The notes beneath the pieces were generated by a model, which was not told where the DNA came from, did no database searches, and was given only the letters and a program-made list of their open reading frames with translations. A DNA stretch of 64,000 bases. Source: a bacterium. Its GTDB lineage: Bacteria; Bacteroidota; Bacteroidia; Bacteroidales; FEN-979. Position 1 is the first letter of the stretch, and each line of letters opens with the position of its first letter. Where the stretch lies: NCBI GenBank assembly GCA_037141055.1, contig JBAXDH010000001.1:9301-73300 (forward strand), given 5' to 3'. Both the position numbers and the translations under genes were made by a program. This document shows positions 25,888 to 33,887 of the stretch, piece after piece.

Positions 25888-26658
25888 ATGAAGCTGTTTT
25901 TTCGCAACTTCGGAAGTGGTCAGCCTGTTGTCATATTGCACGGTTTATTTGGCCTTTCCGACAACTGGGTTACCTTCGCCCGTCAGTTGGGAGAGCATTA
26001 CGCCGTATATGTGCCCGACCTGAGAAATCACGGTCAATCGCCTCACAGCATGGTGTTTGATTTTTCATCCCTTGAAAATGACATAACTGAACTTGTTGAA
26101 GAAATCGGGTCGGACCGCATTTTTCTGATCGGGCACTCCCTGGGAGGAAAAACGGCCATGTTTTTTGCGCTTCATCATCCTGAAATCGTCAGGAAACTGG
26201 TGATCGTTGACATCTCTTTGAGAAAGTCTCCGCCCGACAGTGAACATCAGCTGCTGCTCAACGCAATGATGGACGTGGATTTCAGTGAAGCAAATTCACG
26301 GAGCGATGTGGAAAAACAATTGCAGCAAACGGTGAAAAGCCAGAAACTGCGGCAATTCCTGATGAAGAATGTTTACTGGCGCGACCGGCACAGCCTCGAT
26401 TGGCGGTTAAACCTGCGGGCCATCAATGAAAACCTGATGTCGGTATTCGAGGGTGTGGATGTTTCAGGGAGTTATCCCGGACCTGCATTATTCATACGTG
26501 GTGGTTTATCGGACTATGTCAGGGATTCCGACCTGGATGACCTGAAAATGAAATTCCCCGGTTCAGAACTTGAAACCATTGCGAATGCTTCACACTGGGT
26601 TCACGCTGATGCTCCCGGGGAATTTTACAGCCTGGTGAAAAATTTCCTCGACCGGTGA
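25888..26658 (+). CDS. alpha/beta-fold hydrolase (esterase YbfF-like)
   Basis: HGLFG oxyanion motif, nucleophile elbow GHSLGG and a C-terminal HW.H catalytic His region. Confidence 0.85.
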   Translation: MKLFFRNFGSGQPVVILHGLFGLSDNWVTFARQLGEHYAVYVPDLRNHGQSPHSMVFDFSSLENDITELVEEIGSDRIFLIGHSLGGKTAMFFALHHPEIVRKLVIVDISLRKSPPDSEHQLLLNAMMDVDFSEANSRSDVEKQLQQTVKSQKLRQFLMKNVYWRDRHSLDWRLNLRAINENLMSVFEGVDVSGSYPGPALFIRGGLSDYVRDSDLDDLKMKFPGSELETIANASHWVHADAPGEFYSLVKNFLDR

Positions 26659-27594
26659 TCAGTACCGGTTGATTTCAATTTTCGAAATGGCTGTCTTGAT
26701 CGTGATGAAGATTTTATTTTTACCACTTGTGAAATTTGCAGTCTGGTAAATTCCGTCTCCTTTCTTTGTGAACCCGTCGAATTCTTTGCTGATCATAAAT
26801 GATTCCGATTTGATCTGGCACCCCGATCCCTTCGGAACATCCACCTTGATGGATGATGCTCCTGCATTAAAGGTCATGACGGTGAGCGGGCTTTTGTCAC
26901 CTATTTTTATGTCGATGGATGATGCCCCCGCATTAATGTTCGTGGTGTCGATTTTATAATCCCTCAGGTCCATCTGAATCTCGGCAGCTCCGATGTCAAA
27001 ATCGAGATTCCATGTTGGTTTCTCATTGAGCCGGATTTCAACTTTATTCTCATTCACGGTGTGCCTGACACCTGATTTCTCCAGTGACAGGTTGATCTGT
27101 TTCCGGCCGTTTTCATTGGATGTCGTGAGGGAGTAGTTCCCGATATCCCCGGTTTTATCGAATGCGAGAAAATCGGAAGTGACACCCTGCAGGTTGAAAT
27201 TGCCTGCAGAAGCCTCGAGTTTCAGTTCACCTTTGGTGATCAGGGAATCAAAGGGCACGCTCAGGTTTTGCGGCAGGTTGTTGTTTGCAGTGGTATCTTC
27301 ATCGTCCTGCCAGTCTTTGTTGGAAAACCCATGGAAATTATCAATGTGAAACCACGAGGACCGCTCTGAAATCCGGTTGAAAAAGACGGCTGTGAGCGCA
27401 AGTACGGCTACGAGTGCAACGATTTTGATGCTGTCTTTGATGGGTAAAATTGAGATTCCCCACAGGACCAGGATCAATGGCCAGAGACTCCACAGCGCAT
27501 GGAATCCGAATTCCAGCACTCCGAAATTGTTCAGCATAAATAAAATCCCGATGGCGATCAGGATAATTGCCCAGAATACATGACGATATTTCAT
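26659..27594 (-). CDS. membrane protein with LiaF/LiaI-like N-terminal TM hairpins and a beta-rich C-terminal domain
   Basis: WAIILIAIGILFMLNNFG......LWPLILVLWGISIL is the LiaI-LiaF-like TM pattern. The C-terminal half has repetitive beta strands. The gene sits directly downstream of pspC. Confidence 0.55.
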   Translation of the reverse strand: MKYRHVFWAIILIAIGILFMLNNFGVLEFGFHALWSLWPLILVLWGISILPIKDSIKIVALVAVLALTAVFFNRISERSSWFHIDNFHGFSNKDWQDDEDTTANNNLPQNLSVPFDSLITKGELKLEASAGNFNLQGVTSDFLAFDKTGDIGNYSLTTSNENGRKQINLSLEKSGVRHTVNENKVEIRLNEKPTWNLDFDIGAAEIQMDLRDYKIDTTNINAGASSIDIKIGDKSPLTVMTFNAGASSIKVDVPKGSGCQIKSESFMISKEFDGFTKKGDGIYQTANFTSGKNKIFITIKTAISKIEINRY

Positions 27595-27606
27595 TGGTGC
27601 AGGGTT

Positions 27607-28134
27607 TTAAAATTGGTTTGAATTGCGGTTCCGTTTCGTAAAAGCGTTGAGGAGCATCCCTACTCCGGCAACAATAATGATGACAGGCCAGAGATCGCCG
27701 AAGCTGATCTGGGGGATGAGTTCGTCGGCAAGAAATAAGCCGCCCAGTGTAATGAGTACAAGGCCACCGATCAAACTGCCTTTGTTCCGTTCCCTGGTTT
27801 GCGGGGTTGGTGGCGATGCCTGCTGAGGCGTTTCAGTTGTTGAATTTTCCGCGGTTTGCCCGGAAGGTTCTGCCGTGAAATCTGTTGGCCCGGGGTTCGG
27901 CTGTTTAAAGTCCTGACCCGGTTTGTATGCTGAGGCATACGTTCTTACAGGGTTTTCCGGGGTGACAATCCAGAGCACCAGGTAAATCAGGAAGCCGCCG
28001 CCTCCGGCAAGTGTCAGGATGACAAATGCAAGGCGCACGAGCAGCGGGTCCATTACAAAATATTCGGCCAATCCGCCGGCAACACCGGCAAATTTGCGGT
28101 CAGATGTGCTTCGATATAAGCGTTTAGGTTCCAT
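27607..28134 (-). CDS. PspC-domain envelope-stress protein
   Basis: LYRSTSDRKFAGVAGGLAEYF.MDP.LVRLAFVIL.L.GG.G...Y..LWIV is the canonical PspC domain. Confidence 0.85.
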   Translation of the reverse strand: MEPKRLYRSTSDRKFAGVAGGLAEYFVMDPLLVRLAFVILTLAGGGGFLIYLVLWIVTPENPVRTYASAYKPGQDFKQPNPGPTDFTAEPSGQTAENSTTETPQQASPPTPQTRERNKGSLIGGLVLITLGGLFLADELIPQISFGDLWPVIIIVAGVGMLLNAFTKRNRNSNQF

Positions 28135-28211
28135 AAAATAGATTATTTGGGTGTTTTCCCGGTTTAGACGGCATCGCGGAGAATAGGTTACAATAATATT
28201 ATTACGGGATA

Positions 28212-29045
28212 CTAGCCTGCCAGCTCCTGCTTTTTCTTGTAGATCCGGGATGAAATGACAAGACTTATTTCAAAAAGGGCATACAGGGGTATGGCAACGA
28301 TAAGCTGGCTGAATATATCCGGGCTCGGAGTGATAACTCCTGCGATAATAAGGATCGCAATCAGCGTATGTTTCCTGTATTTTCGGAGATATTGCGGGGT
28401 GATAATCCCGATCTTCGTCAAAAATAAAATCAGCACCGGCAGTTCGAACAACAGCCCCATCAGGAGGGTCATCATGGTGATGGAGCTCACGTACGAGGTG
28501 AGGGCAATCTGGTTCGAAACGGCGGCACTCACGGCATAACCTCCCAGGAAATTGATCATCAGCGGGGCCGCGATGAAGTAGCTGAACAAAACTCCCAGGA
28601 TGAACAGCAACGAAATGATGGTTACGGCTCCCCTTGAACTGCGGATCTCCTCTTCATTCAACCCTGGTTTGACGAACCGCCATAATTCCCATAATACATA
28701 GGGGAGTGCTACGATCAGTCCGGCTATAAGGGAGATGTTCATGTGCGAAGTAAACTGGCCGGCCAGGTTGATGTTGATCAGCTGAAACTGCGACGGATCT
28801 ATGCAAAGCGAAGGCATTGAAAGCAAATCGCCCAGTTTGCAGAAGGCCCGGTAGGTAATGAAGGTTTTTGATTTGGGAGCAAGGATGATGCCGTCAAACA
28901 ATACTTCCTTGAATGCAAATGCAGCGATGGAAGTGACCAGGACAGCGATGAGAATTCTCCATAAGGTGCCTCGTAAAATATCGAGATGCTCCCAGAAAGT
29001 CATCTCCTTTTCTCCAACGTTTTCTTCTGAATCTGATTGTTTCAT
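28212..29045 (-). CDS. tatC: twin-arginine translocase subunit TatC
   Basis: MTFWEHLDILRGTLWR... is followed by six TM segments with the TatC pattern. The start is ambiguous (29093, 29045 or 29003). Confidence 0.85.
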   Translation of the reverse strand: MKQSDSEENVGEKEMTFWEHLDILRGTLWRILIAVLVTSIAAFAFKEVLFDGIILAPKSKTFITYRAFCKLGDLLSMPSLCIDPSQFQLININLAGQFTSHMNISLIAGLIVALPYVLWELWRFVKPGLNEEEIRSSRGAVTIISLLFILGVLFSYFIAAPLMINFLGGYAVSAAVSNQIALTSYVSSITMMTLLMGLLFELPVLILFLTKIGIITPQYLRKYRKHTLIAILIIAGVITPSPDIFSQLIVAIPLYALFEISLVISSRIYKKKQELAG

Positions 29046-29144
29046 CCTCGTTTTTATCAGGGGCAAAGGTATAGATAAAAAAAAGTTCATCATAACGATT
29101 GGAAGAAGGATTTAACTTTGTATTTTTGGATAAATAAATTCATC

Positions 29145-29405
29145 ATGGCCGAACAACGCGAAATCCTTCTTGAACAGATGCTCAAGGTGTTAAAGGATAT
29201 AGAAACGAATACGTGTGATAAGCAATTCTATCCGGACACCAACCTGCTTGAAAAGAAAATCGATCACATCATCGAACTGCACGAGAAGCAGATTGAACTG
29301 CTGAAGATGCTTGACGATGACCGGTGTACGTGCAAAAAGAGTAAGTCGGGGAAACAGAAAAAGGATAAGAAGGTAAAGAAGGTCAACAAGATCAAAAAGA
29401 CCTGA
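29145..29405 (+). CDS. small Lys-rich hypothetical protein
   Basis: 86 aa from the ATG at 29145: a helical N-terminal part and a C-terminal CTCKKSKSGKQKKDKKVKKVNKIKKT. No family recognised, and coding status is unproven. Confidence 0.35.
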   Translation: MAEQREILLEQMLKVLKDIETNTCDKQFYPDTNLLEKKIDHIIELHEKQIELLKMLDDDRCTCKKSKSGKQKKDKKVKKVNKIKKT

Positions 29406-29406
29406 T

Positions 29407-29934
29407 TCATTCACACATGCCGTTTTTACCGGTGCCCTGCCCTTTACGGTAGCGGTATTTCATTTGACCACCCTGCATGGAACATCCGTATAAATCGCGG
29501 TAAAGGGCCGACAGCCTTTGGGCTTGCTCCGGCGTGCAGACTTTCTTCAATGCCCTGTATTGCCTGATGTTTTCCTTCTGAATTTCCAGTTGAAGCAGTG
29601 ACAGGTTTAACGCCATTTTGTTTAACAGCAGGGTGTCGGGCGACTCTTTTTCCAGTTCGGTAAGAATGGATGCCCTTGTTTCTTTGACTGCCTGTGAAAT
29701 GGGCCCGGCAACAATCGTATATGCGCTGTTTATTTTCGATACCTGCACGGTTTGTTGATCCGATAATTTCAGTTCGTCGCGGAAGGCGGCGCACTGTTGT
29801 TGCGCCGGGGTGCAGCAAGCGGCCGGAGCCTGGGACTTCCGGAAAAGAAAAAAGCTGGCAAGCGCCGAGATATTGATGATCACCAGGAACATCAGTACCC
29901 AGAAAATAAAACGGTTTCTCTGAAAAAAGTTCAT
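29407..29934 (-). CDS. Spy/CpxP/ZraP-like periplasmic (heavy-metal-sensor family) protein
   Basis: N-terminal anchor, LTxxQ-like motifs (LSDQQTVQV, CTPEQAQRL) and helical repeats. It is the last gene of the ECF operon. Confidence 0.55.
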   Translation of the reverse strand: MNFFQRNRFIFWVLMFLVIINISALASFFLFRKSQAPAACCTPAQQQCAAFRDELKLSDQQTVQVSKINSAYTIVAGPISQAVKETRASILTELEKESPDTLLLNKMALNLSLLQLEIQKENIRQYRALKKVCTPEQAQRLSALYRDLYGCSMQGGQMKYRYRKGQGTGKNGMCE

Positions 29935-29938
29935 GTTG

Positions 29939-30388
29939 TTATTTGTTTATTACCAGTGTTTTATCTTCGTCGGCGAAGTCGGAAATGAACAGGTTGGATT
30001 TCAGGAACAAAATATTTTGAGCCGAATTTCCCGGGCTGTCAGCCTGCATCTTCCCATTGCCGGCAGTATAAAACCCGATGGCGATCCCGCACAGGAGTGC
30101 GACGGCAATTGCGACAGGCTGAAGGATGCGGGTATATGTTTGGGAATGGGACCTGCCACGGCTCAGGAACTCGGTTTCGGTGCGCTGAAGCAAACGCGTG
30201 GCAGCAAACGGGCTGGGTTCACCCGCTTTTTCCTTCAGGATGATTTCCTCAAGGGCTTTAAATTCAGCAAGCAGTTGTGCGCAGGAAGGACACGAAGCAA
30301 TGTGGACATCCATGGATGCATGAAGTTCCCGGGGAAGTGTTTCCTCAGTGAAACCGAATATATTTGATTTAAATTGATCGCAATTCAT
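29939..30388 (-). CDS. anti-sigma factor (zf-HC2 type)
   Basis: The N-terminal H...C..C motif (HIASCPSCAQLL) is followed by one TM segment. There is a 3-nt gap after the sigma gene. Confidence 0.7.
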   Translation of the reverse strand: MNCDQFKSNIFGFTEETLPRELHASMDVHIASCPSCAQLLAEFKALEEIILKEKAGEPSPFAATRLLQRTETEFLSRGRSHSQTYTRILQPVAIAVALLCGIAIGFYTAGNGKMQADSPGNSAQNILFLKSNLFISDFADEDKTLVINK

Positions 30389-30391
30389 AGG

Positions 30392-30973
30392 TCAGGTTTT
30401 TTTATACTCTGAAAACTGGCAGACCAGGTATTTCTGCAGGTTTATCCTGGCCCGGTGAATCAATGACTCAACGGCAGGCACCCCGATTTTCATGATCTCG
30501 GCTATTTGTTTGTACGACCGGTCGTCAAACTTGCAAAGGACGAACGCGATGCGCTGGTTTTGCGGCAAACGGCCGATGGCGGCATGCAGCAAATCACGTT
30601 TCTCTTTATCCTCCATGCCGGACTGCGAAACTGATGGTTCCGGGTCAACCCGCCCGGTGTGTTCGCCCGGATGCCGGAACAGCGATTCCAGCCGCATCAT
30701 GATGCCCTGCCTTTGCTTCTTTTTAACATGGTTCAGCGACTTGTTGACCGTAATCCGGTAAATCCAGGTTGATAATGAAGAATTTTTGTTAAACGATGTC
30801 AAGGAGCGTATGATTTCAAGGAAAATGTCCTGTGATAAATCTTCGGCATCTTCCATGTTCCCGACAAAATAACAGGCTGTTTTGATAACCTGCCGCTGGT
30901 ACTGGCTTACCAGGTGTTGAAAGGCATTGCGATCACGCCGTAAGATTCCTTCAATCAACTCAGGGTCGGTCAT
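30392..30973 (-). CDS. ECF-type RNA polymerase sigma factor
   Basis: Region 2 DAEDLSQDIFLEI...WIYRITVNKSLN and region 4 LP..QR.AFVL.......SYKQIAEIM.I.V.AVESLIHRAR. Confidence 0.9.
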   Translation of the reverse strand: MTDPELIEGILRRDRNAFQHLVSQYQRQVIKTACYFVGNMEDAEDLSQDIFLEIIRSLTSFNKNSSLSTWIYRITVNKSLNHVKKKQRQGIMMRLESLFRHPGEHTGRVDPEPSVSQSGMEDKEKRDLLHAAIGRLPQNQRIAFVLCKFDDRSYKQIAEIMKIGVPAVESLIHRARINLQKYLVCQFSEYKKT

Positions 30974-31010
30974 TCTGCTGGATCAGTGGGGGTGGGTCAA
31001 AAAGCCTTAT

Positions 31011-31081
31011 TCACCGCGAAGGCGCTAAGGCGCAAAAATGAATTTGTTATTTTACTTTGCGTTTTAGCGTCTTAGCGGTGA
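31011..31081. repeat. 26-nt imperfect inverted repeat (long hairpin, 19-nt loop)
   Basis: TCACCGCGAAGGCGCTAAGGCGCAAA at 31011-31036 pairs with TTTGCGTTTTAGCGTCTTAGCGGTGA at 31056-31081. Of 26 pairs, 22 are Watson-Crick, 3 would be G-U on the plus-strand RNA, and 1 is a mismatch. Confidence 0.7.
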
Positions 31082-31123
31082 ATTCTGACTTTTGAAGCAT
31101 CCTCATCAGGATGTTGTAGTGAA

Positions 31124-31552
31124 TTACTTAGAAGGTTGAGTGCCCTGGGTACAGCTCGATTTTTTTGCGCAACAATTTCCATTCTGCTGTCCTTTTCCGC
31201 AGCCTGCTCCGTTTTTCATGCCTTTCCCGTCGCAATTGCCTTTGCCCTGACCTTGCTGACAGCCGTTTCCATTTTTCATGCCTTGTCCGCAGGAGGTTCC
31301 TTTGCATTTTCCGGAGGATCCGCAGTTATCGCAAATGCCATCGCCGTTTTTATCAGTGAAATTTTTTCCCTGGGCGCAGGCTCCCTGCGATTCGTGCTTG
31401 CAGCTTGCATCGGTGGTTTTTCCGGAGGCAACAGTAGCTGATTTGGTTTTGGTTTTCTCGGGATTTACGGTTGAAGCAACCTGTGAGAAAGTAATCCCGC
31501 TGAAAAATACCAGCAAGGCAAAGGTCATTAAGATTCTGGATGCAGTTTTCAT
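31124..31552 (-). CDS. secreted Cys/Gly-rich metallothionein-like protein (hypothetical)
   Basis: Signal peptide MKTASRILMTFALLVFFSGITFSQ. The mature part has 12 Cys, with the internal repeat GMKNG(N/A)GC...GQ.(K/N)GNC occurring twice. It ends ...GNCCAKKSSC.... The ATG at 31552 was preferred to the 31708 ORF start, which would overlap the upstream gene. Confidence 0.6.
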   Translation of the reverse strand: MKTASRILMTFALLVFFSGITFSQVASTVNPEKTKTKSATVASGKTTDASCKHESQGACAQGKNFTDKNGDGICDNCGSSGKCKGTSCGQGMKNGNGCQQGQGKGNCDGKGMKNGAGCGKGQQNGNCCAKKSSCTQGTQPSK

Positions 31553-31632
31553 AGTTTGTTTGTTTAAATGTTTATGTATGGGTTTATAGACATTAGACAA
31601 CAGATAATTGAAAAACTTGCGGCCGGAAGAAA

Positions 31633-32736
31633 TTATTTCTTTGTTCCGGTGCATGGGAAATCCAATACACGCATGTCGCAGCTGCCCATCTCGCAGCAAG
31701 TGTCGCATACCCGCTTGAAAACATTGAATCCGGTGAGTTCGATGTGGCCTGATTCGTAACCGCCCTTCACCGGTTCCTCCCGCATGAGGTCTGTGCTGAG
31801 ATACTTCTTGTTGCAGTCGGCAAAAACAGTCACAACGGCTTTATCGGGACCGAGCTCATTCTGTATCTGCAGGGCCCCTAGAAAATTGGCCCCCGATGAA
31901 ATTCCCACGGCAAGCCCGAGATGCCGGGCCAGCTTCTGGGCCAGGATGATCGAATCCCCGTCGTGAACAGCTACGATCCTGTCAAGCTGGTCGAGCTTTA
32001 CGATTGCCGGGATAAACTCGTCGCTGATTCCCTGGATCCGGTGCGACCCCACTTTATGCCCGGTCGACATGGTCGGTGATTCCGCGGGTTCCAGCGGATG
32101 AACTTTCATGGATGGATTCAGCGACTTCAGGTACCGGCCAACCCCCATGACGGTTCCGCCTGTGCCCACCCCGGCAACAAAGGCATCCGGCGTAATTCCG
32201 TGGTATCGGAGCTGATGCCATATTTCGGGACCCGTTGTTTTTTCGTGTGCTTCAGCATTGGCATCGTTTGAAAATTGCTGCGGAAGAAAAATATTGGCTT
32301 CCCTGGCGGCGATCTCTTCCGAGATCCTGATGCTACCCAGGAATCCGCCCTGTTCCTTTGACACAGGAATGATCTCTGCACCCAGGCTCTTGATGATGTC
32401 GACACGCTCTTTGCTCATCCAGTCGGGCATGATGATCCTTACATTGTGCCCCAGTGCCTTGCCGATTGCCGCAAAAGCGATCCCGGTATTGCCGCTGGTG
32501 GCTTCTACGATGGTGTCGCCCGGCTTGATCCTGTTTTCTGCATAAGCCTGTTCGAGGATGTACAATGCCATGCGGTCCTTGATGCTGCCTGTTACATTAT
32601 AATGTTCCGATTTGGCATAAATGACCCTTTTTTCGCCCCGGTATGTGAAGTTGATGGCCAGCATGGGAGAGTTCCCGATCAGTCGCCAGAGGTCCTTGAA
32701 CCGGAGTTTAAGTTGATTGTCGATCGCAGTGTTCAT
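31633..32736 (-). CDS. cysteine synthase-family PLP enzyme with a 50-aa Cys-rich C-terminal tail
   Basis: PLP lysine block TGSIKDRMA and phosphate loop TSGNTGIA. The fold ends at ...KKYLSTDL and is followed by [50 protein letters not shown]. Confidence 0.85.
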   Translation of the reverse strand: MNTAIDNQLKLRFKDLWRLIGNSPMLAINFTYRGEKRVIYAKSEHYNVTGSIKDRMALYILEQAYAENRIKPGDTIVEATSGNTGIAFAAIGKALGHNVRIIMPDWMSKERVDIIKSLGAEIIPVSKEQGGFLGSIRISEEIAAREANIFLPQQFSNDANAEAHEKTTGPEIWHQLRYHGITPDAFVAGVGTGGTVMGVGRYLKSLNPSMKVHPLEPAESPTMSTGHKVGSHRIQGISDEFIPAIVKLDQLDRIVAVHDGDSIILAQKLARHLGLAVGISSGANFLGALQIQNELGPDKAVVTVFADCNKKYLSTDLMREEPVKGGYESGHIELTGFNVFKRVCDTCCEMGSCDMRVLDFPCTGTKK

Positions 32737-32786
32737 AAGCAGGTATAATAAACCCGGGAGGTTTTTTTTAAAGTGGTTAACGGATG

Positions 32787-32841
32787 CAAAAATAACAAAA
32801 ACAGCCGTTTGAACAACCATTGCTGGCCGATCAAACGGCTG
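32787..32841 (-). terminator. rho-independent terminator/attenuator between the DsrE-like gene and the cysteine synthase, overlapping a candidate -7 box
   Basis: The minus strand reads CAGCCGTTTGA-(18-nt loop)-TCAAACGGCTG followed by TTTTTGTTATTTTTG. The U-tract contains TATTTTTG (a TAnnTTTG match) 51 nt upstream of the 32736 ATG. Confidence 0.55.
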
Positions 32842-32880
32842 GAAAAGGATCTTTCAGCAAAATCCCGGCAGAGGGGATGA

Positions 32881-33381
32881 TCAGGTGAAGATTATCTGGG
32901 TCTGGAGTCCGCCGCACATTTCATAGAACTGGCCAACGGTGAGTACATCTTTTACTCCTTCCCATAAATCGTCCTTCTTCAGCTTGAACATATCCATGGC
33001 CAGTTTGCAGGCGAAAATTTCCCCGCCGCCTGCTTCGATCATCTCCAGGAATTCTTTTACCGGCGGAATGTCCAGTTTTTCCATCTGGCTTCTCATCATG
33101 GCCGAAACGCCGGTTTCGACGCCCGGAAGCATTCCGAGCACCGTCGGGAAGGGCAGCCCCCCGGGCATGCGCATGGCAGGGTTGCCAACAGTTCCGGTGT
33201 GAAGGCTGTTCATGGTTTTTTTTGTGATTGCATCAAGGCCGAAAAATGTAAAGAAGATCTTGGTTTCAATACCTTCCATTACAGCGCCGTTGCCCATTAC
33301 CAATGATGCGTAAACATCCTCAAGGGTGCCTTTGGCACAGATGAGGCATACTTTCTTGATAGGAAATTCTTCGATTGCCAT
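32881..33381 (-). CDS. DsrE/DsrF-like sulfur-relay family protein (COG2210 type)
   Basis: KKVCLICAKGTLEDVY..L.......EG.ETKIFFTFFGLDAITKK and the C-terminal ...IFACKLAMDMF fit the DsrE-like fold with its conserved Cys. Confidence 0.75.
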   Translation of the reverse strand: MAIEEFPIKKVCLICAKGTLEDVYASLVMGNGAVMEGIETKIFFTFFGLDAITKKTMNSLHTGTVGNPAMRMPGGLPFPTVLGMLPGVETGVSAMMRSQMEKLDIPPVKEFLEMIEAGGGEIFACKLAMDMFKLKKDDLWEGVKDVLTVGQFYEMCGGLQTQIIFT

Positions 33382-33434
33382 GGTATCAGTTTTTAAATGT
33401 GGATGTGCATGCAGGAGCACATGGACCTTTTTTT

Positions 33435-33746
33435 TTAAACGCAGGATGCAGGTTTGGGAATACCGGCAACCTTTGCTGCCTTTTTCATCGGCGCCCCCGG
33501 GAAAAGACCGTAGAAGCCTTTGATGTCGATGATGCCCGAATTCCCGACGGAACGGATTGTCAGCGTTTCACCTTTTGAAAACCGGTCCCTGAGAAAATCA
33601 AGGACTGCAAAATGTTTGTCCGAGAGTTGAATTCCTTCCTCACGGCCAATTTCGATTGCCACTTCTTTGGTCCATTGTGCAGGATTTGTAAAATAACCAT
33701 CTTCATTGACGTCGACGGTTACACCTGCGATGTTTTTCTGTGCCAT
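33435..33746 (-). CDS. TusE/DsrC-family sulfur carrier (single C-terminal Cys)
   Basis: DEDGYF..P..WT.EVA........GI.L...HF.VL.FLR and a C-terminus ...GIPKPASCV. The penultimate Cys is present, but there is no second Cys 11 residues upstream, so it is TusE-like rather than a true DsrC. Confidence 0.85.
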   Translation of the reverse strand: MAQKNIAGVTVDVNEDGYFTNPAQWTKEVAIEIGREEGIQLSDKHFAVLDFLRDRFSKGETLTIRSVGNSGIIDIKGFYGLFPGAPMKKAAKVAGIPKPASCV

Positions 33747-33763
33747 ACAAAACAAGTTTAGAT

Positions 33764-33840
33764 TTACGATTATTGATTTACAAATTACGATTGTTGATTT
33801 ACGATTGTTGATTTACGATTGTTGATTTACGATTAACATT
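33764..33840. repeat. 14-bp direct tandem repeat (TTACGATTGTTGAT)
   Basis: Three perfect copies lie at 33785-33826. They are flanked by a 1-mismatch copy (33764-33777), a 7-nt partial copy and a half-diverged copy (33827-33840). The array is intergenic, upstream of the TusE-like gene. Confidence 0.9.
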
Positions 33841-33887
33841 ACTACTAATCGAAGGTCTTTCAACCTCCTGCTCACCTGCCCGCCCGC

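Noticed and set aside
33764-33840. Possible CRISPR array
   Set aside because: The repeats are 14 bp and directly abutting with no spacers, and no cas genes are present in the window. It is a plain tandem repeat.
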